Positions 44,790 to 47,737 of a DNA stretch of 47,737 nt are shown one piece after another (the first letter of the stretch is position 1; each line of letters begins with the position of its first letter). Origin of the DNA: Candidatus Acidiferrales bacterium (GTDB lineage Bacteria > Acidobacteriota > Terriglobia > Acidiferrales > UBA7541); the NCBI GenBank assembly GCA_035258265.1, contig DATEVZ010000312.1:1-47737 (forward strand), written 5' to 3'. The translations under genes and the position numbers were made by a program. Under the pieces are notes generated by a model that was not told where the DNA came from, ran no database searches, and saw nothing but the letters and a program-made list of their open reading frames with translations.

Positions 44790-46324
44790 ACTGCTAAAAG
44801 TTTCTCCAAGCGCAGCCGCGTAATTTTCTTCTGCTCGTCCGCGGCCATTCGCAATTCCACTTCCAGGTCGTTCGCCAGGCGCTCTTGAATCGCTTTCAGA
44901 ATTTCCTCGCTGGTTTTCCCCGTGGCGCAAATCAGAAACACGTGCCCGAAGGTTGTCTGGTACGCTTCGTTCGCGGCCGCTAGCACAGCGAGCGTTTCCG
45001 CGGATGCCTTCTGCGCCACGGATTGCTCGCCAGCGGACCAACGCTGCGCCGTTGCCGTTTGTTTCGCAGCCGCCTTCTTTCCGCCGATCGCGGGATGGGC
45101 GTGAAATGCCGCAAGCCAGTCTCGGCGACTAAGCGTCGCCCAAGCATCATCCGCCGCATCGTAAAGGCCCGCCGCATCGCTGAAGGGCCGACGCGCCAAC
45201 ACCTGCTCGACCCATTTTTTCGAAACGCAGCAATCCAGGAGCGCCTTAGCCGCCTGGGCTTGTGCCATCTGGTTCAATCGTTCAATCCCGGTAAGCCTGT
45301 CCGCCGCCTGCGACGCCCGCCCGAAAGCACGGAAACGGCTGACTCCACCGTCCGGAAAAATATTCAGCCGCACATGAGTGGCCGGACCTGCGTCGTGTAG
45401 CTGGTTGCGAAAAATATGAAGACGGTTCGCCTTCAGCGGAATCTGCGGTAGCAGTTGCTGCCAGTCCACGGCCGAGGAGTCAGACGTCAAGCGGGAGATC
45501 TCCGCTTTGCCACCTTCCGCGTAGCAAACCTCTACCGAACAGCTGTCGGGAAAATTTCCTTTGAAATGTGTGGTGTCAATTTCAATCCGATCGATCGAGC
45601 CTGCCATCCCCAATTTAACGATTGCCCAATCGTGGCCCGGTCCCCGACGGCGACGCGTTTCCCAACCGTCACTCATCTGTTTTGCGCGCCCCGGCATCAG
45701 CAAGTTCAACGGCGCGCTATAGAATTGATCGCTGGACGCAACGGCGCGCCCGCCATTTTCGACCGCCGCCAGGTCGAATTCTCCTTTGCTCATTCGCGCC
45801 GCGTCGGGGATCACTTCCCCATATAGTCGCAGCCGCGCCACGCCGCCGTCGGGATATATTTTGAAGCGCACGTGCGTGAAGCGTCCGGCGTGTTCGATGG
45901 CGACATGATTTTGCGAATCGCCTTTCAGTGCGGTTTCCGGTAACAATTCCGTCCACTTTGCCGTCGAGGCGAGGAGTTGTTTTTTTTCGTCCTTGTAGGG
46001 TACTGCGCCGCCGATTTTGCAACCCTCGAGCGAAAATCGCCCGGGATAGTTTCCCGTGAAGAAGCTGGTATCCACTACCACGCCGCGGAGAATTCCCGGC
46101 AAACCCAACCGGATAATGCACCAATCGCATCCCGGCGTGCGCCGCCGGCGCGTCTCCCAGCCATCCATCCAATGTCCGCGCGACGTGAATCTTCCTTCGA
46201 CAAAAATCGGCTTCGCCTGCTTCAACAGATTTTCTTTGGGAGCGAAAAATTCGTCGTTGGCCGCAATCACGCGCCCGCCCAGCCGCTCGGCTGCCAGATC
46301 AACAAGTTGAGTGAAATCGTTCAT
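44786..46324 (-). CDS. Fusion protein: allantoicase (two repeats) plus a C-terminal OHCU decarboxylase (UraD) domain
   Basis: The N-terminal ~340 aa has duplicated allantoicase blocks (DGWETRRRR occurs twice, with FTGNYP and FKGNFP). The C-terminal ~165 aa has OHCU-decarboxylase features (AFHAHPAIGGKK, FLICATGKTSEEIL). Confidence 0.85.
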   Translation of the reverse strand: MNDFTQLVDLAAERLGGRVIAANDEFFAPKENLLKQAKPIFVEGRFTSRGHWMDGWETRRRRTPGCDWCIIRLGLPGILRGVVVDTSFFTGNYPGRFSLEGCKIGGAVPYKDEKKQLLASTAKWTELLPETALKGDSQNHVAIEHAGRFTHVRFKIYPDGGVARLRLYGEVIPDAARMSKGEFDLAAVENGGRAVASSDQFYSAPLNLLMPGRAKQMSDGWETRRRRGPGHDWAIVKLGMAGSIDRIEIDTTHFKGNFPDSCSVEVCYAEGGKAEISRLTSDSSAVDWQQLLPQIPLKANRLHIFRNQLHDAGPATHVRLNIFPDGGVSRFRAFGRASQAADRLTGIERLNQMAQAQAAKALLDCCVSKKWVEQVLARRPFSDAAGLYDAADDAWATLSRRDWLAAFHAHPAIGGKKAAAKQTATAQRWSAGEQSVAQKASAETLAVLAAANEAYQTTFGHVFLICATGKTSEEILKAIQERLANDLEVELRMAADEQKKITRLRLEKLLAV

Positions 46325-47733
46325 ACCGAGCCTCGCAACAGAACATGGCCTATGGGGCTCGCGGAAAATTCTCCGCGCTCGAAAATCTTGCGGCCTCGCA
46401 AGAATGTCGTGGCAACCATTCCCTTAAGTTCGCGTCCGGCGTACGGCGTGATTTTGTGACGGTGATGTAGTTGGACCGGATCCACGCGAAACTTTTCGTC
46501 GGGATTCCAGATCGCAAAATCGGCGTCGCAACCCACCGCGATGGACCCCTTGCGTCGATCCAACCCCGCGAGCCGCGCCGGGCCCTCGCATAACCACTTC
46601 GCAACGTGCGTGACAGCATAGCCGCGCGCGCTTGCCTGCGTCCAGACGGCAGGCAAACTCAGTTGCAGGGACGCGATCCCGCCCCACGCGCGCAAGAAGT
46701 CGCCCTCCTCAGGCAGCTTCATGGCTGGAGGGCACGGCGAATGATCCGTCGCTATGAAATCAATCGTGCCGTTCGCGAGTCCTTCCCACAATTTCTCGCG
46801 ATTCTCCTGCTCGCGAATCGGCGGCGCGCATTTGAATTCCGTCGCGCCCTCTGGAACCTCCTCTGCGGTGAACGTCAAATAGTGCGGGCAGGTCTCGACG
46901 CTAACTTTGGCGCCGTCGTTTCGCGCGTGCTGCAGCACCGGAATCGCGTCGCACGACGATAAGTGCACGATATGAATCCGCGCGTTAAACTCGCGGCTCA
47001 AGCGCAGTAGCAGCGCGACCGCTTCGTTCTCCGCATCGCGCGGACGGGACGCGAGCCACCTGCTATAGCGCCGCGCGGACGCATTCTTGGGCAGGTTTGC
47101 AACGGCTTTCTCGATCGGCTCCGGCATCTCTGCGTGCCCCAACAGAGGCGCGCCCAGTGCGACAAGTTCCGGCAGGGCGCTGCGAAGATGTTCCTTTGTC
47201 ACGAATTCGAATTCCGGAACGCCGCTGGGCACCAGGAAACACTTGAAACCGAAAACGCCCGCTTCCCATAGCGGCCGTAGCTCGGCAATGTTTCCGGGAA
47301 CCAGGCCGCCCCAAAATCCCGCATCCACCCAAAGTTTGCCCGCCGCTGCGGCCAGCTTTTCGCGAAACGCTCCTGCCGATGTCGTTGAGGGGATGCTATT
47401 GAGCGGCATCTCAACCGAGGTCGTTACGCCGCCCGCAGCAGCCGCGCGTGTGGCGCTCGAAAATCCTTCCCACTCCGTGCGGCCAGGCTCATTGATATGA
47501 ACGTGCGTGTCCACAATCCCGGGCATCACCACCAAGTCGCCGGCCTCGTGGATGGCAACTCGGCTGGGAACTTCGTTGAACTCGGTCAGCGCCGTTACCA
47601 CGCCGCCACGAACGTGTATCGCCGCCGCTCGCTCACCATCGGGCGTGACAACACGCTTTCCGCGAACGATGAGATCATCTGTTGCGGTCGGCCCTGGCGA
47701 CGAATTCCCTGAGGGATCAGGAGGCTTATTCAT
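46321..47733 (-). CDS. allB: Allantoinase (cyclic amidohydrolase superfamily)
   Basis: Metal-binding motif GIVDTHVHINEPGRTEWEGF, 470 aa, and an ATGA overlap with the allantoicase fusion gene. The start codon is 4 nt from the window end. Confidence 0.9.
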   Translation of the reverse strand: MNKPPDPSGNSSPGPTATDDLIVRGKRVVTPDGERAAAIHVRGGVVTALTEFNEVPSRVAIHEAGDLVVMPGIVDTHVHINEPGRTEWEGFSSATRAAAAGGVTTSVEMPLNSIPSTTSAGAFREKLAAAAGKLWVDAGFWGGLVPGNIAELRPLWEAGVFGFKCFLVPSGVPEFEFVTKEHLRSALPELVALGAPLLGHAEMPEPIEKAVANLPKNASARRYSRWLASRPRDAENEAVALLLRLSREFNARIHIVHLSSCDAIPVLQHARNDGAKVSVETCPHYLTFTAEEVPEGATEFKCAPPIREQENREKLWEGLANGTIDFIATDHSPCPPAMKLPEEGDFLRAWGGIASLQLSLPAVWTQASARGYAVTHVAKWLCEGPARLAGLDRRKGSIAVGCDADFAIWNPDEKFRVDPVQLHHRHKITPYAGRELKGMVATTFLRGRKIFERGEFSASPIGHVLLRGSV

Positions 47734-47737
47734 GTGC

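Noticed and set aside
1-47737. Prophage, integrative island, toxin-antitoxin, restriction-modification or other defence-system content
   Set aside because: Apart from the single truncated IS, I recognised no integrase, phage structural, nuclease/helicase defence or TA-like gene pairs. The window reads as core chromosome.

Overview
This is a GC-rich, gene-dense chromosomal segment with about 45 supportable CDS. I saw no rRNA, tRNA, CRISPR array, prophage or recognisable defence genes. The gene content suggests an Acidobacteriota-type genome, but that is inference only. The grounds are an LpxI-type lipid A operon, alternative complex III fused to a caa3 oxidase cluster, many secreted metallopeptidases, and TonB-like proteins with long Pro-rich linkers.

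Layout from left to right:
1. 1-1050: a 5'-truncated IS (rve/DDE transposase) abutting the 3' end of miaA.
2. 1063-6703, minus strand: a tightly coupled operon, fabZ-lpxA-lpxI-Gfo/Idh/MocA oxidoreductase-TonB-like-(31-codon ORF)-miaA.
3. 7048-12366: an M20 peptidase, a TPR/MA-type metallopeptidase and an M1 aminopeptidase.
4. 12412-14491: MarR with a coupled membrane protein, and an orphan Clp_N-domain fusion protein.
5. 14492-14948: a 457-nt non-coding leader.
6. 14949-27590: a 12.6-kb respiratory supercluster, actC-actA-actB-actD-actE-actF-membrane protein-SCO-ctaC-ctaD-ctaE-ctaF.
7. 27672-30432: a small membrane protein, a NodFE-like ACP + KAS pair, and a membrane cytochrome c.
8. 30479-35194: a class-III aminotransferase-M28(PSMA-like)-P1/DmpA peptidase operon.
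9. 35416-41062: a polyphosphate-centred island of PPK2, two tandem thymidylate-kinase-like genes, Ppx/GppA, SixA and CHAD.
10. 41329-43334: fdhD and an HD-GYP response regulator.
11. 43602-47733: a complete urate-to-ureidoglycolate operon, allB-(alc::uraD fusion)-uraH-uricase.

The signals most worth a second look are these:
- The polyP island, especially its translationally coupled Tmk-like pair. The second paralogue has a Lys-to-Arg Walker A.
- A ~70-nt highly structured intergenic repeat present three times in the same orientation (8221, 36270, 42220).
- Two tiny relay ORFs that bridge neighbouring genes by ATGA overlaps.
- The permuted ACIII gene order behind an unusually long leader.

All product calls come from motif recognition by eye. 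No searches were run.
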